In this document: one piece after another, positions 23,821 through 38,420 of the stretch
Position numbering within the stretch: the stretch's first letter is position 1
Layout: each line of letters starts with the position of its first letter
From: Syncephalis fuscata S228
Lineage: Eukaryota; Fungi; Zoopagomycota
Reading direction: 5' to 3'
Length of the DNA: 64,000 bases
Assembly: GCA_025786725.1 (NCBI GenBank)
Contig: JAHLTZ010000060.1
Span: 1 to 64,000 of the forward strand
The notes under the pieces: generated by a model
Database searches by the model: none
Seen by the model: only the letters and a program-made list of their open reading frames with translations
Told to the model about the DNA's origin: nothing
Position numbers and translations under genes: made by a program

Positions 23821-24156
23821 AATAGCTTGTTTAATTGTTATACTATTGATAGATCGTAGTTGATACGAATAACTGTAATGACTCAAGACACAGCATAAAT
23901 TAATGTTGTTTTATTAACAGACTATGATTAAAGAAAGCATTTGTGAAATTGGCATTATTAGCTGTATCGTCAACAATTGATTTATTGGATTTAAATGTAT
24001 TATAAAAGCTATATTTACTGCAACTATGTCCATGTTGAATGTGCGAGTTGAATGGTACAAAAATTACCGATCGGCTGCTGAGAGTCATTCAAGATTTGCA
24101 TTGAACCATCTCTGTAAGTTAAACCTTGAGATAATTGTTTATAATATCGTTAACCA

Positions 24157-25062
24157 TCACGTTAATACGGGGTTGTCCTCGATATGCTCAAACTTGTTAG
24201 AAGACGTAATTGGTTCTGGTCGTGCATTTTTGTAATTGTATAGCACAATCTCCTTTCCGTTGTTCACGCAGATATCTAGTAATTACATATTTTAGTAAAT
24301 CAGAAATTATTAATCTATACGCTTACTTTCTGCTTTTAAATCGTACAGCCATCCCAAGTTGTATAATTCGTTCATGCCTAGTTTGCAATTAATTATTAAA
24401 GTATGATAGCATTGTTTAAATACTTACCATCTTGAATTTGTTTTCCCAAACTTGCCGATGTAGCAATCATTTTCTCTTTAGGAAGCCCATTAAAAATGGG
24501 TTTATATTGCCTGAGATTGACGTGGCAAATGTTTGGAGCTATATAGCAAATGCCATCTTTCAACTTGAAAGAAGTTGTGGAGCGAAGAATCAAATCCTTG
24601 AGAGATGAAGGCTTTGTTTTCTTTGGGTTAAACTTTGGGAGACTCTGTTTTGGTATATCAATTAATTAGTGGTTATTTAATAATGTGTTGTTGCTACATA
24701 CCTTGTAGACCTGAAGAGTCCGGTCCTTGATATTGTTTTGATTGTCGCTGCCGCATGCAATGGTGATTGGATTAATACCATTTCTTCCCTCAGTATAGCA
24801 TACACCATCTGCACAAGCAAATGCAGACTTGATGGAAACTGATCTTGGACCAAACTTGGTAAATTCCTGACTTGGAATAGTGGGAAGATCACTCAGCTGA
24901 TAGGCTAGATGTACGTTAATAAATAGTGTATTGGCAGGCAATTCATCATTGTAGTTACATACTCTTTCCAAACAGACTCATACCAGCAGCATCTTGGGTA
25001 TTTAGCACCAGTCCTAGGATGTAAATGGCGGCAATAGCGTTAAACTTGCTTGAGAAGATCTT
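24157..25062 (-). CDS. Putative secreted protein of unknown function, damaged or mis-assembled
   Basis: Signal-like IFSSKFNAIAAIYILGLVLNTQDAAG is preceded by AAG rather than ATG. Frameshift near 24960, followed by intron-separated Cys-containing exons ending in TGA at 24157. Confidence 0.45.
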
Positions 25063-26819
25063 GTAAATTGGATTTTTTGTTGACAATATAGAAATTCGTA
25101 AAAAGTAGAAATGTAAAAATGTAAGATCTAAAAGTGAACTGGTTGATGTTGATAATAGGTAGGCAAAGCAAATATGCTTTCGCTTTATAGCTTGGAACAT
25201 TGACATTTGTGGCTAATCTACAAAAGAAGAAACATCAAACTGTCAGCTGTATTTGGAATGCACACAAGATCAGTTTAAAATTTGGAAATATACACGAGGT
25301 ATATAAGCTAGAATAAAAATAGCTGAAACAATACAAGCTTTGTATACTCGAATGTAATTCAGCCATTGGTCGAATGGTATATTGCGTGGTTTGAATTGTG
25401 GCTCCTAATCAAATTATACCAAAATAATCTAATTGAATTGCTTTATATGGCGTGGTGATGGCAATTAACTGACTACCCCTATATTGCAAACACTGATAAG
25501 CCTACTGCTATTGTGTCTATCCTAGTTTTATGTTCAAATGGCTATAAAACACTTCAAGGTTTTTAAAATAAAAGGAAATGATTGGATAGAAAATATATAC
25601 ATACAGAATAGTGATGATGAATCTATGATAATAATTATTTAATAGCCGATTCTACTCACCACTGAATTTCATATTAAATAGAACAAATATCTGGTTCAAT
25701 TGCAATTGGTGTTAAGCTTAATTACTTGATTTTAAATCACACTAAATAAGCTTGCTAACGGTTGCAATTTTAAGAGTAAAAATAGTGATCCAACAAGATT
25801 ACAGCTATTTGTCCTCATAAGACCATTCCAGCAACAAATGTCAGTTGTTCTGACTGCTAGAAAGCAGAAAGCAGGTCTAATAAAGATTGCCCAATGCAAT
25901 CTTAAACATTTGATGACTGTCTATATAATTCTGGTAATGGTACTATTAATATATTACCAAATATACTACATGTGATGTTGCTACATTCTCAAATATAAAA
26001 CCAAAAGGTGTACGAGTAAAAGTATTAAGTACATATTTAATTATTTAATATACACTACAACTGTGATAGCTCAACAGATGCTATTATTTTTATTACAAAA
26101 CTTGGTCTGCTTTTAATTGAATAAAAAAGACATTGTTAAAATAACAGTAATAAAGTGATGTAATATTGATCAAACAGCTAAAGGTGAAAAAGAAATTGAA
26201 ATAGTAGCTTAGTCAAATGTTTTAATATCAATTTAATAAAATACTATTAGTATAAATGAATTTAACTTGTAAAAATCTGTAATTGTATAAACGTTTCTTA
26301 TTCAACAAATACAAACTAGTAATAAAACAACTATAAAAAAGAAATCTATTATGGTAAAATTTAAAAACGGTGTATTTTCCTAATTTCCTTTAGTTTTATA
26401 CGTTTTACGGCTGGTGAAAATGGGACATGTACAAGTTTATGCATCAGCCAATGACGGTATGTACGACTACAACGATAGATCCAAATAATAGTGTAATACT
26501 GAAGTGTATATAAAAACTGCTTTATAAATTTGCTATGATGTAATAGAATAATCAGCAGCATAAATATCTAGTAACAATGATGGTAGATTTATGTATCGGC
26601 ATTAATGTTTGTCAAATATAGTAATAGGAATGCCGTAGTAGCAAAAATAGCAGTGCTTAATCATCGATAGTTATGCCATTATGACGACTTTGGTTTCAGT
26701 TTCATTGGCTGATTTGTATTGTCAGTCTGAAACCTTTATATATTTTTGTTCACTGTATCAGCAAGCCATAGACATACTTTTTCCTTGGTTACAACTGATT
26801 TTCATTTTACTTGTGCATC

Positions 26820-27560
26820 ATGAGCTCGCAACAAAAAGACATGTCACAGCATCAGCCGAAAAAAGAACGTCGTCAGTCATTTGACTTGATCGATACTGGC
26901 AAGCATGGATCGAAGGAGGGCCCCGACTATGCCATTGATCTTCAGGACCATACTGGTGTGGTGGATGACAAGACACATCTTAAAGATGACATTTATACTA
27001 CCAACTATTACAACCGATATGCTGCCAAAGATGCTTCAACAGGAGCCGGATTTGAACCCGCTGTTTCTCAACGTATTGCCACCGAGCCGGATAAAGAGAA
27101 CGAGGGAGGAGCCAGCACTCGGCATTTGTCCAGTTCGGCCGATGTATCCGACCAAGACTCCTCGGTTTTCGAGTTGCGCGGTGCTCCCAGTCAAGCAGAA
27201 TCTGCAGAAGAAACAGCAGCACGTATTCGTGCCGGCTTAAGAGAGCACATAAAAAATGATCCCAACGTTGCACCACTGATGTTCAATCGTGACGGCTCGC
27301 GCCACGAGTCACTTAACATGAAACTTCAAGCTGATAATGCCCAGTGCTTCAAGGAGCCGGGATACTTTGGAGCCGGCATTTGCGGACATGCAGCAGATGA
27401 ACAAGCATTTGCCCATCCTCTTTCGGCCACAGGCCGTCGACGTGAATCGGTTATGTTAAACGAAATGGAGGAACAAAATGTGCATCGTCGATACAGTACT
27501 AGTTCTGGACCATTTGAGTTAGATGATAAATTGACCGAAGAGCCTTCATCGTTGGACTAG
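26820..27560 (+). CDS. Hypothetical hydrophilic, disordered protein
   Basis: Single-exon ORF of about 246 aa with coding-like GC content and several RRxS motifs. TATA-like sequence upstream. Confidence 0.7.
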   Translation: MSSQQKDMSQHQPKKERRQSFDLIDTGKHGSKEGPDYAIDLQDHTGVVDDKTHLKDDIYTTNYYNRYAAKDASTGAGFEPAVSQRIATEPDKENEGGASTRHLSSSADVSDQDSSVFELRGAPSQAESAEETAARIRAGLREHIKNDPNVAPLMFNRDGSRHESLNMKLQADNAQCFKEPGYFGAGICGHAADEQAFAHPLSATGRRRESVMLNEMEEQNVHRRYSTSSGPFELDDKLTEEPSSLD

Positions 27561-27940
27561 GACATTGTAAATAGTATAACGAGTAGCCGCTTAATAAATA
27601 GCTTCGCAAATAATGTCATATTTTTATTATATCACTTTAAACTTGTTGATTTTATTGGTAGAGATGCAATAGTAATACTAATATTATGCTATGTTTTGTA
27701 TCCAGTTATTCGATATGAGATTGCAATGCGAATAGTATACTTTTTATATTATATTATGTAACTAATATAATAGCATTTTACATTAGCAATATACGTAAGA
27801 AATATTCATCAATAGTCGCAAAGAGAAATGCATGAATCACGTATATTTATAAACAAAAACAACTAATCGGCGTTTACGTAATTAGCACACTAATACAGAT
27901 ATTAGCCATAGATGACAGAACTGTACAACTAACAGTGCAT

Positions 27941-28542
27941 TTAATAATCATTGTAGTCGTCGTACTCGTCATGAATATTAAAATAACGTGGTTGCGCAAC
28001 GTAGCGGCTCGATGTAGGCCGCTGATTAAAATTAGTATGATTAAATCTTCTGCTATTTGAGGTGTTTGTCGCATTATCAATACTGATATAATCTTCTTGG
28101 CACGATCTAAACGTCGTAAAGGCCGTTTGATTGCCGTATCCCTGCGCTGATGAACCAATTTTGTAATCTATGCATATTCCAGTGCCATCATTGGTATTAC
28201 TATAGGCACTCCTGTGATTCTGGGTATCATCCCTGGTGTAGGTAGCGTAATTTTTCTTATCGTAATTCTTATTATTATTACTGGACGTGTTGCTTATAGT
28301 TGTGTCAGTAGATTTATACAATCCATGTACAAGAAATGCCTCAGCATCATCAATATTGTCAAATCGTTTGTATCGAGCATTAGAGTGTCCTTCTACCTGT
28401 TGCTTAGCTTCTTCCCTAGTAAGCAGCGTTAGATCGTGTCTCTATATCTGTTTATCCTTTACCATATTAAATAAATACCTGGTTCTCGCCCTTCTTTCAC
28501 AGCATAATAGCCTCTTCCTCCCGTTTTCTTGTTCTTACCCAT
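27941..28542 (-). CDS. Protein with an N-terminal RNase H1 hybrid-binding domain (Cauli_VI-type) and a low-complexity tail, lacking a nuclease domain
   Basis: Splicing out a 47-nt intron (28416-28462) gives MGKNKKTGGRGYYAVKEGREPGIYLIWEEAKQQVEGHSNARYKRFDNIDDAEAFL, matching the YYAV..GR.PGIY..W.E...QV.G...A.YK.F....EA..FL pattern. Total 184 aa. Confidence 0.85.
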
Positions 28543-29078
28543 TGTGTTGTTGTAATGACAAAGAAATGGTAATTTAAAAATAAAGAAAAGTGAAAAATAT
28601 TGCGTTTATGTGCAAAACACCTCGTTTGATCGTAATAGTCGTATAATAGATATTCCAAAATAAGCATAGTTAATATGCTCCTTGCTTTGCTTCCATAATT
28701 ATTGTGTTAATGAACAGCTTATATACAACTCAACAGCTATACATGGCACTTCTTATTCGGCGCACAAACTGTACTGTCTACTATTAAAGCAGTTATCATA
28801 CTTCAAACAAAAATTGTATTGCTACGCTGAATATTTAGCAACTCAGCTGTTTTACATCAGTGACCATTTGTAGACCAAACATCGTTATATTATAGACCAC
28901 TGTTAGTATGCAAGTAGCTTTTATGTACAGTAATTAATTATTTAGAATGACACAATGTTTTCACGTAGGTTTAAGCGTGATTTACTGTATTTTAGAATAT
29001 TAGTGCTATTGTAGGTTAATTTGTTAAAGCTATTCATTAATATTAAAACAAAGCTATAGAATAAATGATTTTCAAAGT

Positions 29079-30105
29079 TTATATTAGCGTTAATAGTGAT
29101 ATATAGTTGGTAATGGTTGCAACCCGACTAGAATAGCCTGTTCTAGTTGTATTTATATTAACGCCACTACTGTAGATATTATTTTGCCGATTCACCGTCA
29201 AGGTGCTGGAGTCACTGCTCGTATGTTTTTTTGTACCATAGTTCACAAGTATTGTCGATGTAATATACCTAGATAGGTTTAGTAATATTCTGGATAATAT
29301 AAACTACTTACCAATCAATAATGTAAAAGTTCGTTGATAAGGGCCCTCCCATTTTAAAAATAATAAAGCTACAACATAATATATTGCAGAAAACTACCAA
29401 ACACATGGTCTGTATACCGTCATGAGCCAATCGCTTCCATGCGTCAGATCCATATTTTTTATAATGCTTATAGGTTACTGCACTAAAGATACCTGAGAAA
29501 AGTATATTGCTAGGAATCATCATACCGATCCAGTACCATACAACAATATGTTGATGATTAAAAGTGCAACCAGAGTGTTCATCCAGTGTAACATATGACC
29601 ATCCGTATGCAATAATAAAAAAGAAAAACTGTGGAAGAATGCAAATGGTGCCGCAAATAGCTACCCAGCGTTGCGACAACAGCACAAGGTAAGCTTTGTA
29701 AAGTATAACAATGCTGTTAAAAAATACAGAAAAACCTATACTCGCCATAATGCACCAAATAAGTATTCTACAGTTCAGCTGGTTGGTTAGTGATGCTACA
29801 ATAAATAGTATAGTATTTACGATGCCTAAAAATGACGGCAGAAAATAGCATAAATCAGATAGTTTGTACGACTGTGCCTTAATATGCCGGAATAGACGTA
29901 TCAGATTGTAGGCAAATAACGTCCCCAGCATGGTTGCAAGTGCTAGTTGAATATGAAGTCCCATTATTCGGTTCTGAACTTCAACGTTGGGTGTTTCGCC
30001 GCGACTTGATCTCATATTTATGTAACTAAGAAAAGCAATTTCACCGAGCGGATGCAATGGAATACCAAACAGCTTGGTTGCATTTGCTTCCCATGGTTCA
30101 TCCAT
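29079..30105 (-). CDS. Multi-pass (about 7-TM, GPCR-like) membrane protein, paralogue A
   Basis: 265-aa hydrophobic exon plus a short intron near 29270-29311. Highly similar to 31754-32760. Confidence 0.8.
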
Positions 30106-31753
30106 ATCGTAACGTTATATTTAGATGTAGACTGATAGACAAAGTGATTTTAGAATATTTCGTATTTAAATAATTAAGAAGGCGTATAAATTAAAAGAAA
30201 ATGGGTTTAATGTGAACAAAGGATAATGAAACGCATGACTTGCAGTAACCGGTTTTAGTATAAATAGAACATATTACATGTACGAAATTGTCTGGGGCAT
30301 TATAAATAATAAACTGAAATGCATGTTATATTTTTAAAGTTACAAAAATGCTACTGCCATTAACTATTGGCTATATGGTTGGTATTGAACGTTGTAGATA
30401 CCACGACCTTACAAAAATAAACGTGATTATTACAGTTTTTCATAACTCTAACTTATCTATATTAGAATCACGTATACTGCTATGTGATATTAATTTGTGT
30501 AACCCAGTGATTGTGAATTAACGTAAATCTAGTAAATGACATGTTACTATATTCTTTTTATGTTATATGTATATGGTGTAAATCGTCGCTGTACATCGGT
30601 ATTTCTTCATACTAATTTGCTATTATAATTGTTACAGTATTGTAGAGTGCTTTGAACTTACTTGATCCAAATTCATTTTTAATATTAAATTTCTAAAATC
30701 ATAAAGTCTAATAACATTTTGTTAACTAATAAAATGTAAATTACATTTTTGACTAATTTTATATGCAAAAATCATTGTTCTATTTCTTATACCATTCATT
30801 ACAACTAAGCATGGAGAACTTGAATCCGGCAATCATTTTGCTATCTTTTAGCTATATAAACCATAATCCGTAAAAACCCCATTATTTTTACACATTTATT
30901 AGTGTATTAGCACAACTATCGTACCATCACTCAATGCATTTACAGTATACTTTGCCAATAGCTACCTATATGTCATAAGTACATTTATGCAAAAAATGTT
31001 ATAGATACTGTTTTATTATACGTAAAGTTATACGCATTGTTGCCAGTGCTTTATTAATTAAATGATTATTACTTTTAATGTATATTTCATTAAACTTTAC
31101 TATTTACTAACTGTTATTTTTACGCCTTTAACCCATTTTAGATGCTAGGATGACTAGCCATTCAAAGTATTGCTCTAAAACTACGCTTAAACGGCCTAGA
31201 TATTTTTCAATTGGCATGTATTCATGAACAGTCATTAATTGTGCTGCTGATTCAGTTTCGCAATCAGTATTTTTTGCTTGTTTGCTTTTTGCTTTACGCC
31301 CTTGTTGATCTGAAAACAGGTTAAACTTTAAATTTTTTGCCTGAAAATACTTTCACCACGTATCCAGTTAGTTGATAACAACTAGCCGTCCTTTACTACC
31401 TCATCCATTAAATAAATAAATTATTATATGAATAATTATACAAACAATTACAATATGTTCATATGATTTATCACATAAACACTTATATATGCAATAACAA
31501 TTCACACCGTCATCGACACTTTCATTAACATGTCAGCAACATAATACCAAATAAACAACTAGTGTATGATTTAACATATTAAATTAACTAAATAAGCATT
31601 ATTTTATAGCCAATTGTTACTTATCTTACTATTTTCGAAATATTTTATTGTTTAGTTTACTATGATACACAAACAAATTGACTTTGACAATAAATGAGAA
31701 TAAATAACGGCCATAGAATCAATAATTTTAAAAGCTCATAGTAGCGTTAATAG

Positions 31754-32760
31754 TTATATATAGTTGGTGATAGCTACAAACCGGCTAGAATAGCCTGTTT
31801 CAATCGCATTTATATCAGCATCAGCACTGCGGATATTATTATGTCGATTCATTGCCAAGTTGCTGGAGTCATTGTTTGTGCGTTTTTTTGTACCATAGCT
31901 CACGAGTATCGTTGATGTAATATACCTAGATAGGTTCTAGCAATGTTTTGGATAATACAAGTTACTTACCAATCAAAATATAAAAAGTCCTTGAGAAAAG
32001 TCCTCCCATCTCAAGAAGAATAATGAAACAGCATATTAGGTTACAAAAATTACCAAACACATGGCCTGTATACCGTCATGGGCCAATTTTCTCCATGCGT
32101 CAGAGCCGTATCTTTTATACTGCTTGTAGGCCATAGTACTAAAGATTCCCGAAAAAAGTATATTGCTAGGAATCATCATACCGATCCAGTACCATAAAAC
32201 AATAGAATGCTGGTTAAAAGTACAACCAAATTGTCCATCCAATGTAACATATGACCATCCATATGCAATAATAAAAAAGAAAAATTGCGGCAGAATACAG
32301 ACAGTACCGCAAATAGCTACCCAGCGTTGCGACAACAGCACAAGTAAGCTTTGTAAAGTATAACAATGCTGTTAAAAAACATCGAAAAGCCTATACTTGC
32401 CATAGTATACCAAACAGTTATTCTACAATTCAGATGGCTCGTTAATGATGCTACAATAAATAGTATAGTGTTTCCAACGCCTAATAAAGACGGTAGAAAA
32501 TAGCATAAATCAAAAGCGTTATAAGGCTGAGTTTTAATATGTCGAAATAGACGTATCAGATTGTGAGCAAAAAAAGGTCCCAGCATAGTGATAAACGCCA
32601 GCTGACCATATAATCCTTTCATTCGGTACCAAGCATCGATTTCAAACGTTTCACCACCATTTGATTTTGTATTCACAAAACTAAGAAAATTCATTTCACC
32701 AAGTGGATGCAATGAAATACCAAACAGCTCGGTGGCGTTATTCTTCCATTCTGTATCCAT
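31754..32760 (-). CDS. Multi-pass (about 7-TM, GPCR-like) membrane protein, paralogue B (two 1-nt frameshifts)
   Basis: Near-identical blocks to paralogue A (LLSQRWVAICGT.CILPQFFFFIIAYGWSYVTLD). Frameshifts near 32345 and 32047. Confidence 0.75.
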
Positions 32761-35320
32761 ATCAACACTATATCCAAGTATAACTGAATTACAAACTATA
32801 AAAATTGTGTATTGAAAGGAATAAAAAACGCTTAGCATAAAACTAAAGATCCTAAGGCGAAACAATGAGAGCAAAATGCATGGTTTGCATCAACAGGTTT
32901 TAACTTAAATAGAAATTTTCTATTTACAAGCCTGCTTTTATACAGCATAAAAGGTAAACTATTATAACACAAATACCGGTATTCGGGCCGATTAACCGAT
33001 AAAACGTATCACCAATGGCGTGCAGCTATCCGTAATAGTTGGCATAAATATTTCCTATTTACTATTTTCTAATAACAATAAAAATATTTAATATACCCCT
33101 ACTTCGTTTTTACACAAACTATTATTTAATTGGCAAGTGCCTTATTATTTCATCTTGTATTTTAAATTAAAAAATTGCTACTGCTATTAGCTATTCAAGC
33201 ATATCTTCGAATTGTAATTATATGTTATAATCCATTGTTTAGTTAGAATTTTTAACATCAATAGTTTATGGTTATATATTACAAAAACCAATTTGCCGTA
33301 TTGTTGTTTATTGAATTACAATGTTGTTTAATAAATGATGTATTAGTTTATGATTAGTGTCGGATTAAAAATTAAAAAAGCCACAAGACCTTAATGGTAT
33401 ATGTCACTTTTATATTCGTAGTACATGGGTAGCATACGCTCAGTATAAATACACACATGACTGCCTATATTTTAGTAAAGCTGTTATATTTACTCTGTTA
33501 TCGTTTTGCTACTATTTAATCTAGTCTTTCTACGATAAAACTATTTTAAATACTAATAAAACACACACACAGACTAATTAGCTAAGTAATAATGATAACC
33601 GTTTTATAAATAGTCAACTACAGTCTATCAATATTAATTTATGTAATATTGGCTTCAAATAATTATCATACTAACATATGTTAAGTAGATAAATAGTTAG
33701 TATGGATAATTATTTTAAATTACAGTTATTGCACTAATATAAATACTAAATGTGAATGTGCTATATAAATGTTTTAGTGTTGGATATTGTTTATTGTAGA
33801 ATAATTATGTATTAGTTTATAGCAGCTTGAGCACACAGATTAATTATATACATATTTGCAATAGGTCCATAGACAGTTATGTTTAATTTATTATTGCTTT
33901 TGCTTGCATCGAATAAACCTGGATAAATATAACTTATTTTGAAGATACAAATATATAAATTAGATTAGTATACAACATATAACCATTTAGTATTTATCAT
34001 AACTACCGACTTAAGCTTGGCGTTAGCTTATTACATTGTGTACTATTTAAACAAGCAGTGCAGTTTTAGAATAAAGTCATAATAGTATGACTAAATAGAG
34101 TTGTTTACTATGCCATTCACACAAGTTTGGCACATATCATTTTTATGCTTAATCGGTTAAGCCGTGTAATCTAGATTTAATCCATCAGCTTATCGCGTTG
34201 TAAAGAGCTTACCAATATTAATGTCCAGGCAATATAATGACAGCAATAAAGACTCTTTTGCAATAAGTGTACAAGAAAACACACGGTTTACTACATATTA
34301 CACTAATAGTTACATGTACTGAAGATTCTACTGGAATGGTTGTAGCTGCTTATACGGAAGACTAAGAGCAATTGCGTAGTACATTGGTCATAGACGGTTT
34401 TAGACGACTCATGTTTTATTACGACATTTTCCACAACTATCACAATACATAAGCTGGCTTTACCGCTCCTCCGAACCAACACTGCACCTTTATCTTCTCT
34501 TTCTACTCTTTACCACTCGATATACACTACACTCATTCGCCCTTACTGCCATTTGTTGTCCAATATGCTTTGCACTTGCTAGCCGTCTAATGATTACAAG
34601 ATCACTGCTGGTTGCTGCTATATGTACTAAGGTCGGTAAACGGGCGTGGGAGGTGCGATGCAGTTGTGCCTTTTGGCTATGAAGCACTGGATATGCAGTG
34701 TTCTAGAAGCTATATATCACGCAGTGTGTACTCCAGCATGCTGTAGAAGGCGCTTGTCTGCACATAGTTGATTGGTCTTTTGTATAGTAACATTGGTACG
34801 CTTACCGTGTGTTTGTTTGCGAGGTTGCCTTGCTGAGTATCTGGCTGTTGAGGCGACATAAGGTTTGCGCTTAAGATATCTGATATCTGATGGTGCAGAG
34901 CAAATGTTGTTTGGACAACCACTACTTATTGCGGTGTAGTCAAGCAGCAAACATCATTGGCACATGTGGCTCATCTCGTTTACTGACCCTCTTCAATAGA
35001 TATAGATTTGAGAGATATTTAGATTTGGCAAGAACAGGACCACAATATGCTGTACAGTCATCCGGTTTGTACTAGTCTATCATTATTTATGTATTTCTTT
35101 AAATAAAGCTTTTTTACAAATACTAAACAGTTTATTAACTATTTATCGTCATCATGTTCAATTGTGCGAATATTATCGATTTTAGTCATTTGAACATTAA
35201 ACAAACACTAAATTGGTAATAAACTGCTTAAAGTTTGTAAGAAAAAAAACATTATTTTATATTTAATATAACTAATAAACATTTTATTAAAATCTCAAGT
35301 ATATCAGTAAATTAAGTGCA

Positions 35321-38001
35321 TTAGAATCGTTGTCGAAGTGAAGTGCCCCATCGACGTGCCAGCCTTTTACGAGGGTCGTCGCGGTTTGAGCGGCATATAT
35401 TTAATAGATCTAGTTTAGTGGATTCTGCCTCCAAACGAATACACTGCTGATAGAATGGATTAAAATCATTAATGCGTATTTCAGGCCATACTTGACCACG
35501 ACTGTCGCGTCGTGACATGTCTTTTTGATGTCGACCTGACTCCCGGCTGCTTTTAGAATCTAGAGTTTGCAACAGCTTAAGCGCATTCTCTAGATCGCCA
35601 GCTCTATATAATAAGCATCGTAAGTATTAATCATGTCAATTCCTAGTTTAGCTTGCCTTGCTAAACCGTTAATCATTAGTTTATATGCATTGTGGCGCTG
35701 CTGTGGTTCGCAACCCAGATCTTGCCGTCGTGTCGTTTTAATGACAGCTGAAATGGCTGGATTCTCATCCTCTGATTTCCACCAAGCTTGCAATGTGTTC
35801 CAGATCTGCCATGCCTTTTTGATGTGACCAGATTTTTCGGTGTGAAGCTGTAAAGCAAGCGAGTAGGTCCAGCCATCGCGTACAAGTTTTAATTCATCAT
35901 AAACGTGCTCATATACACGGTTGGCCTCTTCGAACATACGGTATGATAATTGTACAGCCAAGTAACCGTTGACCAGTTGGACAGACAGTTTAGGTGGATG
36001 ACAAGCTGGCTTACTTTCGGCATTTGATTCTATGGCTGTACTTGTAAACTCAAGGCATAATTAAACAATCGTTTAGATTCTACCAATATGTGTATACGGG
36101 TGGTGGGCACAAATGGCAATAATGGGCCTTCATCGCCTGGTATGACCGATAATAATGTTGTTGACTTCTTTGAATCCAATGTAACAGGTGGGTTGTTCTC
36201 CTTTAATTTAGCGGCTTCATTTTGTTGTCGTCGCATAGCATCAGCTGCCCAGCCATTTCTTGCGGTGGCTGCGTAAGCCATAAACATATTTGTATATGTC
36301 GCCTCATCGGGAGCCAGTTCTGGCTCTTTCTTTGCACTATATAGCACTGATATGAGCCAGTTATTATAACACCATCTACACCTTCCTACCGCTTTAACAT
36401 GTCAAAAAATAGATTTCTAGCACGTTCTATATCTCCTTGACGTGCAGCCGCAGCCAACAGTGCATTATATGTGTAAATGTCGGCCATAAACCCATAATCG
36501 GCCATCTGTATTAGTAGTTGGAATGCCTCTGCATAATAATGTGTTAACAAGTTAAGAAAGCACAAATCAATATCAGCAATATAATATGAGTAACAACAAG
36601 GATATCTTTTCTACGTGCACACGCTCCGATCAATGCATTAAACGTAACATCTGTTGGATTTAATTTGGCACGAGCCATTTCCTCAAACAAATTCATGGCT
36701 CTTTCTACCTGGTTGCCCTGTAATATAAATACATAGTTAGTATCTTAACCATTCACTTGCCTATTATTATCTTTATCTTACCTTGGCACACGCGTGTATC
36801 ATCAACGAATAGCTGACTTCATCAGGTCGACAAATCTCAAATCGCATATGATCAAATGTTATCCATGCTCGATCAAGCTGTCCAGCTTGTACACATCCTT
36901 TCATCAGCATAGTCATAATCATCTATTAATGATCGTCAGTAATAGATCGTAATAACAATAAACGCATTACCTGGTTGGGCTGTAGATTACGCGATCGCAT
37001 AACCTGATATGTTTTGAATGCATCATCAACTCGACGGTTGTTGATATAAGCTTTAATCAATCCACCCATCGTCACCTCATTGGGCTTAATATCGGCTAAA
37101 AAATGATTAACAATTGCTGGTATACTCGATTGAATCTTACCTTCTTCCATTGCTTTAAATGTTTCAGTCACTTTCTCCAAATCAGCAACATTGGCGTGGA
37201 CATCAATTAGAAAGTTATAGGAACGAATATCTGGATAAATCTTTAAGCTCTAAGCATTGCTCTAAATTAACCATATAATATTGTTATTTCATACGAGCTA
37301 ACCTTCATATACTCAAATAATTTTGCTGAAGTGTCTGTCTGTCGTAGCATGGCCTACATACACGTTTAAACAAACTTGCCATGTTGTATTTTTGATTACT
37401 TACACTCATTTGCAATGCGCTATTAATCCGATTTAGTGAAATAGTTGGTGTAGTTATTGCTACACTGGTTATAGTGGTGCTTGCAGCACCGGTCACTGCC
37501 GTTTCAATTAGCTTTAGCGTACTCTCAAGCTGCAGCGCTACTTGTTTTAATTCCTCATCCTTACGCGTTTCAAGGTATTGGACATCTAAATTACGCAAAT
37601 AATTCTTATCAACCTTGCTATATCGCCCCAATAATTTTGGCTTAATGGTAGCAGTTGTCTTCGGCGATGTAGGCTTTGTAACCGATGAATATATTTGATT
37701 TAGCTCAGTTTCTGACCAGGCTCTCTCAGTCTATAATATTTTTTGTAAATATTCATATTTATAATTATTATAACACAAACCTTGTTGAATTTCAATCCTT
37801 TTAACTGTTGTTCTTCCATTAAATCCAAACTAATATACAGCATAAGTACAAGAAATACTAACGCGTTGTTAATTACCGTTCAGAAATAACGCTTTCAGCA
37901 GCAGCATGATTCAAGGATCGTATTGAAAAGTTACCAGATCCGACCAGCGAATGGCCAACAGCTGTCCTTCTCAGCACCGATTGTAGTAATTGACGCTGCA
38001 T
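35321..38001 (-). CDS. Mitochondrial pentatricopeptide-repeat (PPR) protein
   Basis: Presequence-like N-terminus (MQRQLLQSVLRRTAV) and repeated PPR motifs (PNEVTMGGLIKAY, PDEVSYSLMIHACA, PTDVTFNALIGACA, PDEATYTNMFMAYA) across many introns. Confidence 0.88.
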
Positions 38002-38420
38002 ACGAATCTTGCAAACGGTGAATGTGACGCACAAAAGAAAAAAGAAATATTTTTGTAACAATATATTTTTTTTATGTTACAAAAGCTGTTATATTTTGAC
38101 TCTCACATTTTTTATTTATCCATTTCATCCCTCAATACTTTTAGATACAATTAAACACTTATTCATCACTATAACATGTATAACATCACATCCAACATTA
38201 ATTGATTCATGTGTAATTATCAATACAATAATGTAACTAATTAGTTATTTTTATTATTGTTTTGATATGTATATATATACATTGTCATTATGATATTAAT
38301 TGTTCAAAATGCCATTTATTTAGTTGGATTGGCTATAGAGAAGTGGCTGTTTAATAAACAACTTTTATATCAATTATATTAATAGTGATCTTACATCGCA
38401 AATATATCCAAAATACAATA

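Noticed and set aside
34380-35075. GC-elevated stretch with short ORFs, possible gene remnant
   Set aside because: No continuous frame or recognisable motif. The same applies to fragments near 17300-17470 and 31140-31410.
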